Made by a program: the position numbers and the translations under genes. Shown piece by piece: positions 17,519 through 27,414 of a stretch of 35,954 bases of DNA. The notes beneath the pieces are model-generated. The model saw nothing but the letters and a program-made list of their open reading frames with translations. It did no database searches and was not told where the DNA came from. Positions within the stretch are counted from its first letter, which is position 1; the number at the start of each line of letters is the position of its first letter. The DNA comes from a virus. Lineage: Duplodnaviria > Caudoviricetes. The stretch spans positions 1 to 35,954 of the IMG/VR virus record IMGVR_UViG_3300037991_002725. One strand, given 5' to 3'.

Positions 17519-17775
17519 AATCCCTCAACCCTCCTGTATTTTTTCTTAGCGGATTTACCTCTTGGAACGTGTTGCTTTCCTTGCTTTGTTCCTTTTCTTT
17601 TCTTACGATTCTCATATGCTTTTTCAGAAGGTGTCAAAGAATCCCGAACTGCTTTTGGAGCATATCTCCCTTTCTTTTTTGATTTGGGTGAGATGTATCC
17701 CCAATCTTCTCTTGTCCATTCAGAGAGTGCTTTTTGCCTTTTTGATTTGGCTTTTAATATTTCAAACCAAGTCAT
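17515..17775 (-). CDS. Small basic protein (DUF5872-like C-half) with W tag
   Basis: MTWFEILK, then LSEWTREDW..RYAPK..NRKKRKG..GKQHV. Family name from recall. Confidence 0.75.
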   Translation of the reverse strand: MTWFEILKAKSKRQKALSEWTREDWGYISPKSKKKGRYAPKAVRDSLTPSEKAYENRKKRKGTKQGKQHVPRGKSAKKKYRRVEGL

Positions 17776-19100
17776 GCAATCACCCCTTCAATAACATCCA
17801 TTGCACCCATCTTACAATTGTCATGTAACTTGGCAACAGTATCAATGTCAATATCATATCGTGTGAAATCATAACCTACATGGTCTTTGTGATTCTCATA
17901 TTTCATCAACTTGAAGAGTTCTTCTCTCCTTTCATTATACCAATCAGCCTTCTTATGTGATTTCTTCATCCTGATTAACTCTAACAGAATATCAGCATTC
18001 TTACCTTTCATTCTGAAATGTGGCCTACATTTTGTAAGTAGTTCAACAACATCATCACCTGAGTAAAAGTTCAACCTGTTTACTGGTCTTGTATCCTGTG
18101 GGGATTTTTGGTCGAGATGTAATCTACCGCACCCTAATGACTTGTGCATCTCCATCATGAAAGCCTTACCTCTTTCTCCTGTTGCAACTAAACCGACTCT
18201 TGGATTGTAATTCTTATCCATTGTAATGTAGCCATCTGAGTCAATAAATGCAGCAGTATAAGCATAGATATCTTTCTTTATCTCATCACTAAACTTGTAG
18301 AAAGCACCGTTAACGGTGGTGATGTTTTCTTGTTTAGCCATTTTTGCAATTACGTTTGGAGTTGTTTTTGTAAAGAGATTCTTTGGTAGCCTTTCATGTA
18401 TCTGCCTTGCAGATATTCCGGGTTCTTCACATATAGATTTTAGAATGTGATGTTTAATTTTATCCTTTGGAGAAGTAGTTTTCATATGCTTCTTCAACAA
18501 TCTTTTGAATTGTCTCTTTGTGTTAGTCATCTCCTTTGTCAATCTTGAGTAATCAGAATTGAAAGGCATATCCTCCTTCTCTATTTTTGCTTCCCAATAT
18601 TTACAGAGAGTATCAATTAGTTCTCGCCTTGTAGTTGCATCGTCAACATATGATAGTTTGATTAGATTATCTTCCGAGCAAGTCATGTCTTTGAGAACTG
18701 GTTTGTATTTACTAATCCAGTAAATGTTATCCATGCTTCTATCCAAGTGGTCAGAATATGCCTTGATTAAATTCTCAATTGAATTGGTAATCTTTACCTT
18801 GTCCTCTCCTTTGAGAGTCCTTCTATATTTTTTTAGTTCCTTTATGGTCTTTGGGATATCAGAACCTTCAATTTCATACTTAGTCAAAGTATACTTCAAT
18901 TCCTTTCTTGCATCAGATAAACTCATTCTGAAATCTTCTGCGTATTTCTTTTCCAAAATACTGTGGTCTTCTATTGGAACATTCGATAGCCAAGAACGTT
19001 TCAAGTCTTTAGTGCGTTCCTCGATTTCTTCTTCTAAAGTCTCCTTTCGCTTTGTTTGCTCAAGAACTTCTTCTAAGATTTCACTATCTTTCTCCGCCAC
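17772..19100 (-). CDS. LAGLIDADG endonuclease-domain protein with N-terminal helical and HTH regions
   Basis: YAYTAAFIDSDGYI motif, then a typical single-motif LAGLIDADG body (LGCGRL, PHFRMKGKNA); wHTH-like ILKSICEEPGISARQIHERL; GTG start. Confidence 0.85.
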   Translation of the reverse strand: MAEKDSEILEEVLEQTKRKETLEEEIEERTKDLKRSWLSNVPIEDHSILEKKYAEDFRMSLSDARKELKYTLTKYEIEGSDIPKTIKELKKYRRTLKGEDKVKITNSIENLIKAYSDHLDRSMDNIYWISKYKPVLKDMTCSEDNLIKLSYVDDATTRRELIDTLCKYWEAKIEKEDMPFNSDYSRLTKEMTNTKRQFKRLLKKHMKTTSPKDKIKHHILKSICEEPGISARQIHERLPKNLFTKTTPNVIAKMAKQENITTVNGAFYKFSDEIKKDIYAYTAAFIDSDGYITMDKNYNPRVGLVATGERGKAFMMEMHKSLGCGRLHLDQKSPQDTRPVNRLNFYSGDDVVELLTKCRPHFRMKGKNADILLELIRMKKSHKKADWYNERREELFKLMKYENHKDHVGYDFTRYDIDIDTVAKLHDNCKMGAMDVIEGVIA

Positions 19101-19112
19101 GCACCTACCCCC

Positions 19113-20546
19113 CTAAAAGTTCAGCCCCATCATTCCGCCTAAAGACCTGTTCATTGGCTTAGGTTCATCAAATATTCCCATATCATCCAACAACATGAAC
19201 ACATCTGATGTCTTTGTAGCACAAGCCACTGCTAATGCTAAACTCATAACTAAGTCGTCATGCGCCCCTACACCCTCAAACTTTCCGGCAGTGGTAATAG
19301 AGAACATAGACAGTTCTTCTATCAACGCATTGGTCAGTCTTCTACTCGCATTATCACCATATGGAAAATTTATTTTTCCGTTTTCTATATTCATTTGAAG
19401 ACTCAGAATTATTTCCTGTTTCTTTTTTCTTGTAGTTGTAAAATCTCTAACATTCAAGTCAGATATGTTTCGTAGTTCCTGTGTAAATGCCTTTGCGAAA
19501 GTGTTGGTTTCATAGAGAACTTCTTCGGGTTCAAAGATTTTACCAATCAATCTAATCTTCTCTATGTTCTCTCTGAAATCTACATTCTTAGCCCTGTCCA
19601 CATGGACTATGGTTTTGTTTTTATTTTCATCAACTTCCAAAACCGTGATTACGTTGTAGTCTCCATCTGTTGAGATAGCAGGGTCAACTCCCACATAATA
19701 CTTGTAGCCCTTTTCCTTACGGTGTCCAAGTTTCAGAACGTAATCTTTGTTCTTACATTTCTCTATGAACTCAGGATTGAATAGAGCAGTTCCAGTAGAT
19801 ATAGGAACACAAAGATATTCTCTTGTAAACTTGAGAGAACCTATCTCTGCTTTTCTTTTCATTAGTGCGTCATAGTCCCAACGCTCAGGCCAAAGTGGTT
19901 CATTCAAAGAGTTTAGACATGGGTACTTCTGAACAGAATATGCTTCATTCTCCTCTAACTGAGCAAAAATATCCGTGTAGGTAAACGGAGTTCCAATCAT
20001 TCTCAACTTAGATGTATGATGAAGTGTTGGTATCATATCCCCGAAGAACCAATCTGTAACTCGTTGAATACCTGCAAGGCTAAACTCCTTCAAAGGGTCG
20101 TCAATGATAATCTCCTGTGGGTGAAGTCCTCTGATTTGAGAACCAACGGAACGCTCCAAGATAGCGTTACCGTTTGTTAACTGAATATTACCAATAGCCC
20201 AACCCCTACTGGGTTTGTATTTCTTAAGAGCAGGGTGGTTGAAGTATCTGTCAATTTCTCTCATGTGAACAAGAGTCTGCTTTTGGTTAGAAGAAATGTA
20301 AAGCATTTGATATGGTGGTTCTTGAAACACAAGATTCCATACTACCCAACTGTGCATAAAAACAGATTTTCCGTGGTCACGACTACAAACAATAACGGTT
20401 CTATCTGTTTTTTCCATTGAGTCTAACCATTCTTGCATATACGGAGGAAACATCATTCCAAGAACATTCTGAAAAAAATATGGAAATGAAGTTTTAGATA
20501 GTTCCATATCCATTGCTGAAACAAAATCTAAATCATCTAATTCCAT
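19113..20546 (-). CDS. terL: Terminase large subunit
   Basis: Walker A SRDHGKS, Walker B IIIDD, motif C GTP, nuclease GVDPA and HDDLVMSLALA. Confidence 0.95.
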   Translation of the reverse strand: MELDDLDFVSAMDMELSKTSFPYFFQNVLGMMFPPYMQEWLDSMEKTDRTVIVCSRDHGKSVFMHSWVVWNLVFQEPPYQMLYISSNQKQTLVHMREIDRYFNHPALKKYKPSRGWAIGNIQLTNGNAILERSVGSQIRGLHPQEIIIDDPLKEFSLAGIQRVTDWFFGDMIPTLHHTSKLRMIGTPFTYTDIFAQLEENEAYSVQKYPCLNSLNEPLWPERWDYDALMKRKAEIGSLKFTREYLCVPISTGTALFNPEFIEKCKNKDYVLKLGHRKEKGYKYYVGVDPAISTDGDYNVITVLEVDENKNKTIVHVDRAKNVDFRENIEKIRLIGKIFEPEEVLYETNTFAKAFTQELRNISDLNVRDFTTTRKKKQEIILSLQMNIENGKINFPYGDNASRRLTNALIEELSMFSITTAGKFEGVGAHDDLVMSLALAVACATKTSDVFMLLDDMGIFDEPKPMNRSLGGMMGLNF

Positions 20547-21033
20547 TTTTCACCACGTCAAACCAAACATCTCGATGAACTCCCCAAACCCATTTCTGAA
20601 CTTGGTCTGCGAACTCTAATCCCCGAATAGCATTTCTTGAGTCATCGGGTAACTCTTCTTCATTCATATCTTTGAACCCATATCTTCTGTATGTGTTAGC
20701 AATTCTTGGATTAGCAATATTAGCAAAAAGAGTTTGGCCTCCTTTCTCCTCTATGAGTTTTTGAACTAGTAATTGTGCTAACCCTCTACCTCTAAATCCT
20801 CTTCTAACGTGAATACCTGCTCCCAAAAGAACTCCTTTGTATGGAGCAAAACCAATAACTCCTACTGGTTTATCTTCTAAAAAACCCACAAACATTCTTG
20901 CAGGTGCAGTAGCCCAAGATGAATTAGGGGATATCCTTTGATAACGCTCTCTTCTTTTTTTGTATTCATAGTACCCATCTTCTAAGAATACTCTAACGGC
21001 ATCATCTTCAGACATCTCTTGAAACTCTAACAT
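20533..21033 (-). CDS. GNAT-family acetyltransferase
   Basis: Motif A IHVRRGFRGRGLA, motif B N..IANTYRRYGF; ends VWFDVVK. Confidence 0.85.
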   Translation of the reverse strand: MLEFQEMSEDDAVRVFLEDGYYEYKKRRERYQRISPNSSWATAPARMFVGFLEDKPVGVIGFAPYKGVLLGAGIHVRRGFRGRGLAQLLVQKLIEEKGGQTLFANIANPRIANTYRRYGFKDMNEEELPDDSRNAIRGLEFADQVQKWVWGVHRDVWFDVVKNGIR

Positions 21034-21037
21034 TTTA

Positions 21038-23743
21038 TCACCTGAAATTAGCCTTCAAGAAATATACACCTTCCTTTGGAACACCATGCTTTTTACTCAA
21101 TTCTTCCATTGAGTTCAATTCGCCTACAATGGACTCCACTTCATGTGCAGTCACGTCAACCTTGAATCTTGATTTCATCAGACCAATTGCACTATTCACA
21201 TGGTCATAGTTGTCCAACTTAGCATTGTTGTAGTATACGGGTTTACCCATCATCTTACGAATCTCGTCATGAACGGATAGGATTGTGTTTTCCTTTTCAC
21301 TTCTCAGAATCTTCATTCCATCTATTGCATTGATGAATCTTTGAACGATAGTGTTAGAGCCTTTTCCTCTCCTATCACTACCTCTAACCATTGTTCTCAT
21401 ACTGTCTGAGTATCCTCCAATGTTTCTCTTGATGTGAGTTTCTATCGCTTCAAATGGATATACCTTACCAACATCATACATCTTACTCCACTCTTCGGGA
21501 GTTTTTCCTCTACTGTTATCAGGGAACTTCATATCGGAAGGCCAAGAAATATCATTAGCCTCTAAGACTTCATGTAGATAATGACCAAACTCTACCATAG
21601 TTTCCTCTGCTAACGCAGAACCTCTTTTGTTTAGCATTATGAAATTAACAGTTTTGATTCCCTTTTCCAATTGATTGACCAAAGTAGGCAAGTCTTTCCT
21701 ACCTTCTATATCTTGTAAGAACTCCAACATTCTCGTTAGGCTCTCTAACTCTTCGGCTTTCACCATTGTATAACCTGCTCTGCCTTCCAATGCTAATACC
21801 TTGAACAAAGCAGTGTCAGTTTTTCCTGTTGCTAATGCTCTGAAAATTCTACGGGTTTTATTTGTCTTTGTGTCGAAAGGTAGAGGGTCATCGAATGGTT
21901 TGTTTGAACCGCTCATAGGAACTACGAAGTAATCTAACACTGCTTCTATCAAATCATCAAACTCTTCTCTTGCCTCTTCAATTTTATCGAGATGGTCTTT
22001 TCTGTTCTTTGTTCCAAGATGAGGCATCTTCTGACTTGGTACTCCTTCTCCTTGTTTATCTGCAATTGCAGAACTGGGTGCTGACGCTCTATCCAAATCA
22101 TCCCCTGCATCTAAGATTTGGCTGAGATTATCCAAGAAGTCTCCAATCTGTCTAAGACGATTGTTGATTCCTCTTGCTGTATTCAGGCTAAGAGGGTCAG
22201 CATTCCAGTTCTCTTCGATTGCAAACTTACTAACAGATTCAGATAATGGTAGATAATATGGGCCATTTCCTCCTCTTGCTAATGTTCTTTCTAATTGGTT
22301 GACGTAATCATTTATCTCGTCATCCATATCAATACCAGTAGCCATCTCTCTAACTGCTCCCGCACCTAACATGGCTTCACGAATTGCTTGAATATCTTGA
22401 GTGAAAGCAACAGTATCCTTGAACGCTCCTGTTTCTTTAGTGAATGCGTGATAGTATAGTGGGTCTACTTTCTTACTTTCAAGTCTCTTTAGTTTTGCAC
22501 CGAAGAGTGAAAGTTCTTCCATTTCCTTTTTCCTTTCTGCTTCCATTACCTCTTCCTCAGAGTCAAGAGTTTGAACACCTTCTACGGTAATAGTTTCCTT
22601 GAAGTCACCAGTTTCCTCATCGTAATATCCTTCACTTCTCGCTTTCCTATCTTCGTCTTCCCTTGTATCGCCACGAACTAAACCACTATCTTCCATGAAC
22701 TTCTCATATAGAGCAAGTCCCTTGTGATTCCTAAAGTAAACTTCCATGTCCTTTGGCTTGAACTTAACAACATAATTCAATTCATCATTGTTTATTGAAG
22801 ATTCAAACTTCAAGAACTCATCCAATATTTTTCTGAACTCTTGGATTTCCTTGTCGTCTTTGTTCTCTTGAATCAAAGGCAGTAATATTTTAGCGAATGC
22901 TGTATTACAATTATTATACGCTTCTTTGAAATCTTCATACTTACCTTGATGTTCTTTCCAAAACGAATAGATTCTGTTTCTTCTATTTAACATCTTCAAA
23001 TCCAACTCACCAATTATTTGGTCAGCGTCTAATTGAATTATTCTCTCTTCTACCTTATCGAATTGTCTTAATACAACCATTAACGGTGAAAGTCTGTCCC
23101 TGACAGAAGGCTTTTGATTCTCAAGAATATACTTCATCTGTTCTACTTCTTTCTTCCTTATGTTTCTATTCTTCAACGAAACTCTGCTTAAGTCCCTTTC
23201 TTGTTCTATTGTATTCTTATACGTTAACTGTTTACCAGTGTCATCTAAGAAAGCCCTCAAAACTTTGTCTAACCTCTTAACATCAACTGCAATAGACCTA
23301 CTAGGGTCAGTTGTTGCTTCTTCCAAGTCAGTGGTCAGAACTCTACCTGATACACCGCCTAATTCTAATAATTTCTTAATCATGCTATTTCTGATAGCAT
23401 CGGGTATTTCTTCAAACTCTTCGTGTTTGGAAGAAATGTCTTCTATCAACAATTGAGTTAGTTCTCCCAATTGTTTGCCTGACTTTTGATACTTAGAAGA
23501 TAACTTCCCATTCTCCATAAAGTCTGCATCATCTTTAATCAAGTTGTATAGGAACTCAGGCTTGAAAGACCTAAGATACTCTTCTGCTCTATCATCGGCT
23601 TCTAATTCAACCTTATCTGCTATTGCTTTAGGGTCTTCATCCTTATACTGTTCAGCAACCATCCTTTCAGTAAACTCATCGAACTCATCAGGCTCAAGCA
23701 TCAAAATCCTAAATGCGTTGTATAGTTCTTCATCTGATATCAT
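21038..23743 (-). CDS. Large acidic hypothetical protein (about 900 aa)
   Basis: Long ORF; start set at MISDEEL behind AGGAG; no recognisable motif. Confidence 0.85.
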   Translation of the reverse strand: MISDEELYNAFRILMLEPDEFDEFTERMVAEQYKDEDPKAIADKVELEADDRAEEYLRSFKPEFLYNLIKDDADFMENGKLSSKYQKSGKQLGELTQLLIEDISSKHEEFEEIPDAIRNSMIKKLLELGGVSGRVLTTDLEEATTDPSRSIAVDVKRLDKVLRAFLDDTGKQLTYKNTIEQERDLSRVSLKNRNIRKKEVEQMKYILENQKPSVRDRLSPLMVVLRQFDKVEERIIQLDADQIIGELDLKMLNRRNRIYSFWKEHQGKYEDFKEAYNNCNTAFAKILLPLIQENKDDKEIQEFRKILDEFLKFESSINNDELNYVVKFKPKDMEVYFRNHKGLALYEKFMEDSGLVRGDTREDEDRKARSEGYYDEETGDFKETITVEGVQTLDSEEEVMEAERKKEMEELSLFGAKLKRLESKKVDPLYYHAFTKETGAFKDTVAFTQDIQAIREAMLGAGAVREMATGIDMDDEINDYVNQLERTLARGGNGPYYLPLSESVSKFAIEENWNADPLSLNTARGINNRLRQIGDFLDNLSQILDAGDDLDRASAPSSAIADKQGEGVPSQKMPHLGTKNRKDHLDKIEEAREEFDDLIEAVLDYFVVPMSGSNKPFDDPLPFDTKTNKTRRIFRALATGKTDTALFKVLALEGRAGYTMVKAEELESLTRMLEFLQDIEGRKDLPTLVNQLEKGIKTVNFIMLNKRGSALAEETMVEFGHYLHEVLEANDISWPSDMKFPDNSRGKTPEEWSKMYDVGKVYPFEAIETHIKRNIGGYSDSMRTMVRGSDRRGKGSNTIVQRFINAIDGMKILRSEKENTILSVHDEIRKMMGKPVYYNNAKLDNYDHVNSAIGLMKSRFKVDVTAHEVESIVGELNSMEELSKKHGVPKEGVYFLKANFR

Positions 23744-23747
23744 TTGC

Positions 23748-25568
23748 TCAACTCCTGTTCTCATTAATCCAATCGTATGGTTGAATCGCTCCTGATTTAT
23801 TGTGTAGCAGTGGTTCTTCCATTACTTGCACCATCTTTCTTCTTATTGCGTCTAATACACCCTTATGTATTTTAGAATATGATTCTGATAGTTTTGTCTT
23901 GAACTCGTCTTCTGCTTCTTTTCTTTTCTTAGAATCTGTTTCCCTAAGTAATCTCTTCAAGGACATTTGCAACTTAGAATCCCTCAACATCTTTCTCGAT
24001 AATTGTAGAACCATAACCAATAAATCTGAAAATTGTAGAACCTGCTTAGAAGAAAGTTGCATATCCTTTAATCTAAACTTACCACCACTATCCATTCCCG
24101 AAAGGAAATTACCCAATGGGTCTTGGTCTACATCATCGAATAGGAAGTTAACTCTCTCAAGGAATAGTTTATCTGTTATAGAAACAGTTCCCTCTGCTTT
24201 TTCTTCCATAGAAAGTAGAGCCTCTTTTATTTTATCAGGGTCGCCATAGTTTACCTTCTTCTTACGCATCTCTCTGACTGAACGTTTGAATCCAACCTTT
24301 GAGAATAAATGTCCTAATTTGGACTTCACCAATCTAACTTGTTTTTCATCTGCTTCATTATCAATCATAGCAACTAAAGCATCTCTTACTTCAACAGGTA
24401 AAGTATAGCGTCTGACTTGAGTTTCTTTCAAGAACTTGTTATAGTCGTCTTCAAGCCCTGCATCAACAACTGCCTGTTTGAACTTAGAATAACCTGTAAC
24501 ATTTGTGACATTACCATCCTCATCTGTCTTGACCTTGACGAATTTATTGTATAACTTATTCAATTCCTTATCGTCTATCTCTGCCCTTTGGAACTTATTA
24601 GCCAACTCCACTTCTTGTAGCGTTTCCTTAGTTTGAGTTCTAACAAAACCAACATCCAAGTCCAACTTCTCATTTCTTAGAATATACTCCATTGCGGGAT
24701 ACATTCTACTTGTGCCTCCACCAGTCTTAGCACCAAAGAACAACTTTTGTGCTTCTCTGATTTGCCCCGAAGAAGGGGCTTCTGATACTGAGAATGTAGG
24801 CATGAATGGTTCTCTTGTATTACCACGTAGATTAGTTACGACCATGTTCAGATAATCTGCTGCAAATCCACCATCAATTGTGCTTGCCTCTAACTTAACA
24901 GAAGTTGCTACAATCTTATCCTTGTATTCAGGGGCTTTGAAGATTCTAGCAAAAGCAGTTCTCTCAATTGGTTGTGATGGCTGACCACCTGCAAGTGCCT
25001 TTCCTTGTTCTATTGTTAGGAACTCAGGTAAAGTTACCTTGATATCTCTCTCCATTACAAACTGGTAATCATCCAAGATATCTCTATCAAAGTTATTTGG
25101 TAGTGTGAGTGTTATGTCCTTAGTGATGTAGCCATAGAGTTCGGGTTTATCCTTGACGTATTTCAGAAGTGCATCTCCGTTCTCAGAGTTCCATTTTATC
25201 AGGCGTGAAATCTTAACTCTTTTATTTCCATCAGTTCCATCATTCAAGAACTCAACTAATTCTTCATGATTACCATTCATGAAAGATTCATACATTTCTA
25301 CTTCTTTTTCATTTGGTCTTTCATATTCAGGATTGTCTTTACCATCAGCCCTCTTAGCAGTTCCAAGTTTATCCAACAAAGGCTGAAACCTTTCTTCCTT
25401 CATACCATCGTCTACTAATGTGTTTACCGCTCTACGCAATTGTGCAGAGTTATGGTTCTCAAGAAGTTCATCGAAGTTACCACTCTTGGATGCTTGAACT
25501 ACCTTATCTCGTAGAGTCTGCTTCTTCAATAGAAGTTCTTCCCAAGCCCAACCGTATCCGTAACTCAT
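23748..25568 (-). CDS. Large hypothetical protein with variant W tag
   Basis: Start MSYGYGWAWEELLLK behind AGGTGA; about 606 aa. Confidence 0.85.
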   Translation of the reverse strand: MSYGYGWAWEELLLKKQTLRDKVVQASKSGNFDELLENHNSAQLRRAVNTLVDDGMKEERFQPLLDKLGTAKRADGKDNPEYERPNEKEVEMYESFMNGNHEELVEFLNDGTDGNKRVKISRLIKWNSENGDALLKYVKDKPELYGYITKDITLTLPNNFDRDILDDYQFVMERDIKVTLPEFLTIEQGKALAGGQPSQPIERTAFARIFKAPEYKDKIVATSVKLEASTIDGGFAADYLNMVVTNLRGNTREPFMPTFSVSEAPSSGQIREAQKLFFGAKTGGGTSRMYPAMEYILRNEKLDLDVGFVRTQTKETLQEVELANKFQRAEIDDKELNKLYNKFVKVKTDEDGNVTNVTGYSKFKQAVVDAGLEDDYNKFLKETQVRRYTLPVEVRDALVAMIDNEADEKQVRLVKSKLGHLFSKVGFKRSVREMRKKKVNYGDPDKIKEALLSMEEKAEGTVSITDKLFLERVNFLFDDVDQDPLGNFLSGMDSGGKFRLKDMQLSSKQVLQFSDLLVMVLQLSRKMLRDSKLQMSLKRLLRETDSKKRKEAEDEFKTKLSESYSKIHKGVLDAIRRKMVQVMEEPLLHNKSGAIQPYDWINENRS

Positions 25569-25665
25569 TCTATTCACCTACTATCACTTAATATGTAACT
25601 CAATATACCATTTGGTATCTTATTTCTAGGATGAGTTACTATGTATCGAATGTTCATTGTAATCT

Positions 25666-25953
25666 TCAACTCCTTTTATTGATATCTACCATATCTTCTT
25701 CAAACGTTCTTTCTTCATCTGAATGATTGAATTTGTAATTAAAATCAACCATAACAAAACCATGTGCATCTTCAACTGAATCATTAATTGCATCCCAAAC
25801 ATCTTCATCAACATCTAAATCAGTAGTGCTTGGAATGTAGTATACTCCAACATTAGGTAAAGACATTCTTTCTTTTTCATACTCCGTAGCATCCCACTCA
25901 ATATCATACACATATACTTCATATGTGGATTTTAGAGTATCCATCCAACTCAT
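25666..25953 (-). CDS. Acidic hypothetical protein with W tag
   Basis: MSWMDTLK; SD GGAGG; ATGA overlap. Confidence 0.8.
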   Translation of the reverse strand: MSWMDTLKSTYEVYVYDIEWDATEYEKERMSLPNVGVYYIPSTTDLDVDEDVWDAINDSVEDAHGFVMVDFNYKFNHSDEERTFEEDMVDINKRS

Positions 25954-26099
25954 TGTAACTCCTCCAACTCAGGCTCTAAAATCTCCTTCTCATCTTCTTT
26001 TCTTCTTGAAGTTGAATCTTTAGGAGGCTTGTATCCTCTACCTCGTAAACCAGTTCCTTTTGATTTACCAGTTCTTTTAATGATATCAAACCAACTCAT
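25950..26099 (-). CDS. 49-aa microprotein with W tag
   Basis: MSWFDIIKRTGKSKGTGLRGRGYKPPKDSTSRRKEDEKEILEPELEELQ; ATGA overlaps at both ends; not in the ORF track. Confidence 0.8.
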   Translation of the reverse strand: MSWFDIIKRTGKSKGTGLRGRGYKPPKDSTSRRKEDEKEILEPELEELQ

Positions 26100-26647
26100 T
26101 GTAAATCATCCTCATCATAGCCATATATTTCTTTCATTCTTCTTCGGTATTCTTGATTTTCCTTTTGATTAGCGGAGTTATCAATTTTCCTGTTAACGAA
26201 ACCTACTCCTAACTTCCTTTGAGTTGGCCTACCTTTCCTGTTAACGAAACGCCTACCACCTGTTTCACCTGTATACTGAACTGGTTTCACAACAGGTTGA
26301 GGATTTTTTGCTCGATAAGTTTCCATTAATTCATTTATAGATTGTTTGAAAGCACGATAGAGTTCTTCTTCTCCATCTCCTTGTCGTCCCATTGATGCAG
26401 TATAAACTAAATGTGGCCCTTCTGCCATATACAATTCACCGTTACGAAACTTGAACTGATACACTGAACGTCTATTTTCACCAGTGCTTTTTGACCTTAG
26501 AGTTAACTCAAAATCATCTCCCATTTTTTTGTTTATTCTTATTATCATGGTTCTATCGCCAAACTTTTCTATGCCTTCTCTTCTAGCAATATCCTTTAGC
26601 CTTGATTGCATAGGCGTTAACTGTTTTATTATATCGAACCAACTCAT
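26096..26647 (-). CDS. Hypothetical protein with W tag
   Basis: MSWFDIIK; SD GGAGG; ATGA overlap. Confidence 0.85.
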   Translation of the reverse strand: MSWFDIIKQLTPMQSRLKDIARREGIEKFGDRTMIIRINKKMGDDFELTLRSKSTGENRRSVYQFKFRNGELYMAEGPHLVYTASMGRQGDGEEELYRAFKQSINELMETYRAKNPQPVVKPVQYTGETGGRRFVNRKGRPTQRKLGVGFVNRKIDNSANQKENQEYRRRMKEIYGYDEDDLQ

Positions 26648-27303
26648 TGTAACTTATCCTCCATTTGCTTTCTAACATCCAACCAAACTTCGGGATGATT
26701 CTGTGCTAACACTTCTTTGATAATCTGCATCTGATGAACGATGATTGTGTCTTGTCTTCTGTGAACGAGTTTACCCTTGAACTCCATTAGATACTTTAGC
26801 GACTCTCTCACTTCCTTCGCTAACTTTGTCAGTGAATCAATTGATTTGTGGTCTAAGTCTTCTATCTCAAACAATGCCTCTAACTTTCTCTCAAGGTTAG
26901 TGATGTTACCACTTAGAGTATCAATCTCATTGACTTCCTTTGTCGCCAATATTTGTGCTGCCGCTTTTTGCACCAATGGTTGTGTATGTTTCTTGATGTG
27001 TCTAACTACTTGTTCCTTTGAACAACCCACTATCTTAGCGGCAAGTTCAGGAGTCATATCTCCCGAATACAATTCCTGTTCAATTTCTGAACGATTCTCA
27101 TAAACACACAATGCACACTTGGGGTTAGAGGCATCAGCATAACCGCCCATGTGATTTCTCTGATGTTTGGCAGATGTTCCACTAGGCCAGTTCATCCTAC
27201 TGTCCAAGTCATCGGGGTGAATGTGCATACTCTCCAAATCCCTCTCAAAGATTTCCCTGTCTTCGTGCATACAAAGACGACATCTCTTTCTTGTTACAGT
27301 CAA
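26644..27303 (-). CDS. Zinc-finger/HTH repeat protein, candidate terminase small subunit
   Basis: Two tandem CxxC..HxxxH units (CRLC..HQRNH; CALC..HIKKH), then coiled coil; upstream of terL; probable TTG start behind GAGGGG. Function inferred. Confidence 0.55.
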   Translation of the reverse strand: MTVTRKRCRLCMHEDREIFERDLESMHIHPDDLDSRMNWPSGTSAKHQRNHMGGYADASNPKCALCVYENRSEIEQELYSGDMTPELAAKIVGCSKEQVVRHIKKHTQPLVQKAAAQILATKEVNEIDTLSGNITNLERKLEALFEIEDLDHKSIDSLTKLAKEVRESLKYLMEFKGKLVHRRQDTIIVHQMQIIKEVLAQNHPEVWLDVRKQMEDKLQ

Positions 27304-27414
27304 TATAACGCCCCCTCGTATGTTCCACATCTAACACAAAAATCACCGGAAGAAGTTGATGACTCAAAGGGAGTTATCGCCAAACAAAAACAACAGACTC
27401 CCAAAAACAAACTC

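Noticed and set aside
17772-19100. LAGLIDADG ORF as an intein or intron of terL or portal
   Set aside because: It has its own start and stop, no intein terminal residues, and both neighbours appear complete.
19356-19364. CCATATGG inside terL (also at about 34889 inside a CDS)
   Set aside because: Within coding sequence and lacking the CAAAG/CTTTG arms; likely chance.
25574-25657. 27-codon minus-strand ORF MNIRYIVTHPRNK.. overlapping a GTAACTCA/TGAGTTAC inverted repeat
   Set aside because: It has a plausible SD but is too short and featureless to support; coding cannot be distinguished from a regulatory hairpin.
26189-26250. Direct repeat CCTGTTAACGAAAC
   Set aside because: Short in-frame duplication (FVNRK twice) within a CDS; no sign of a separate function.
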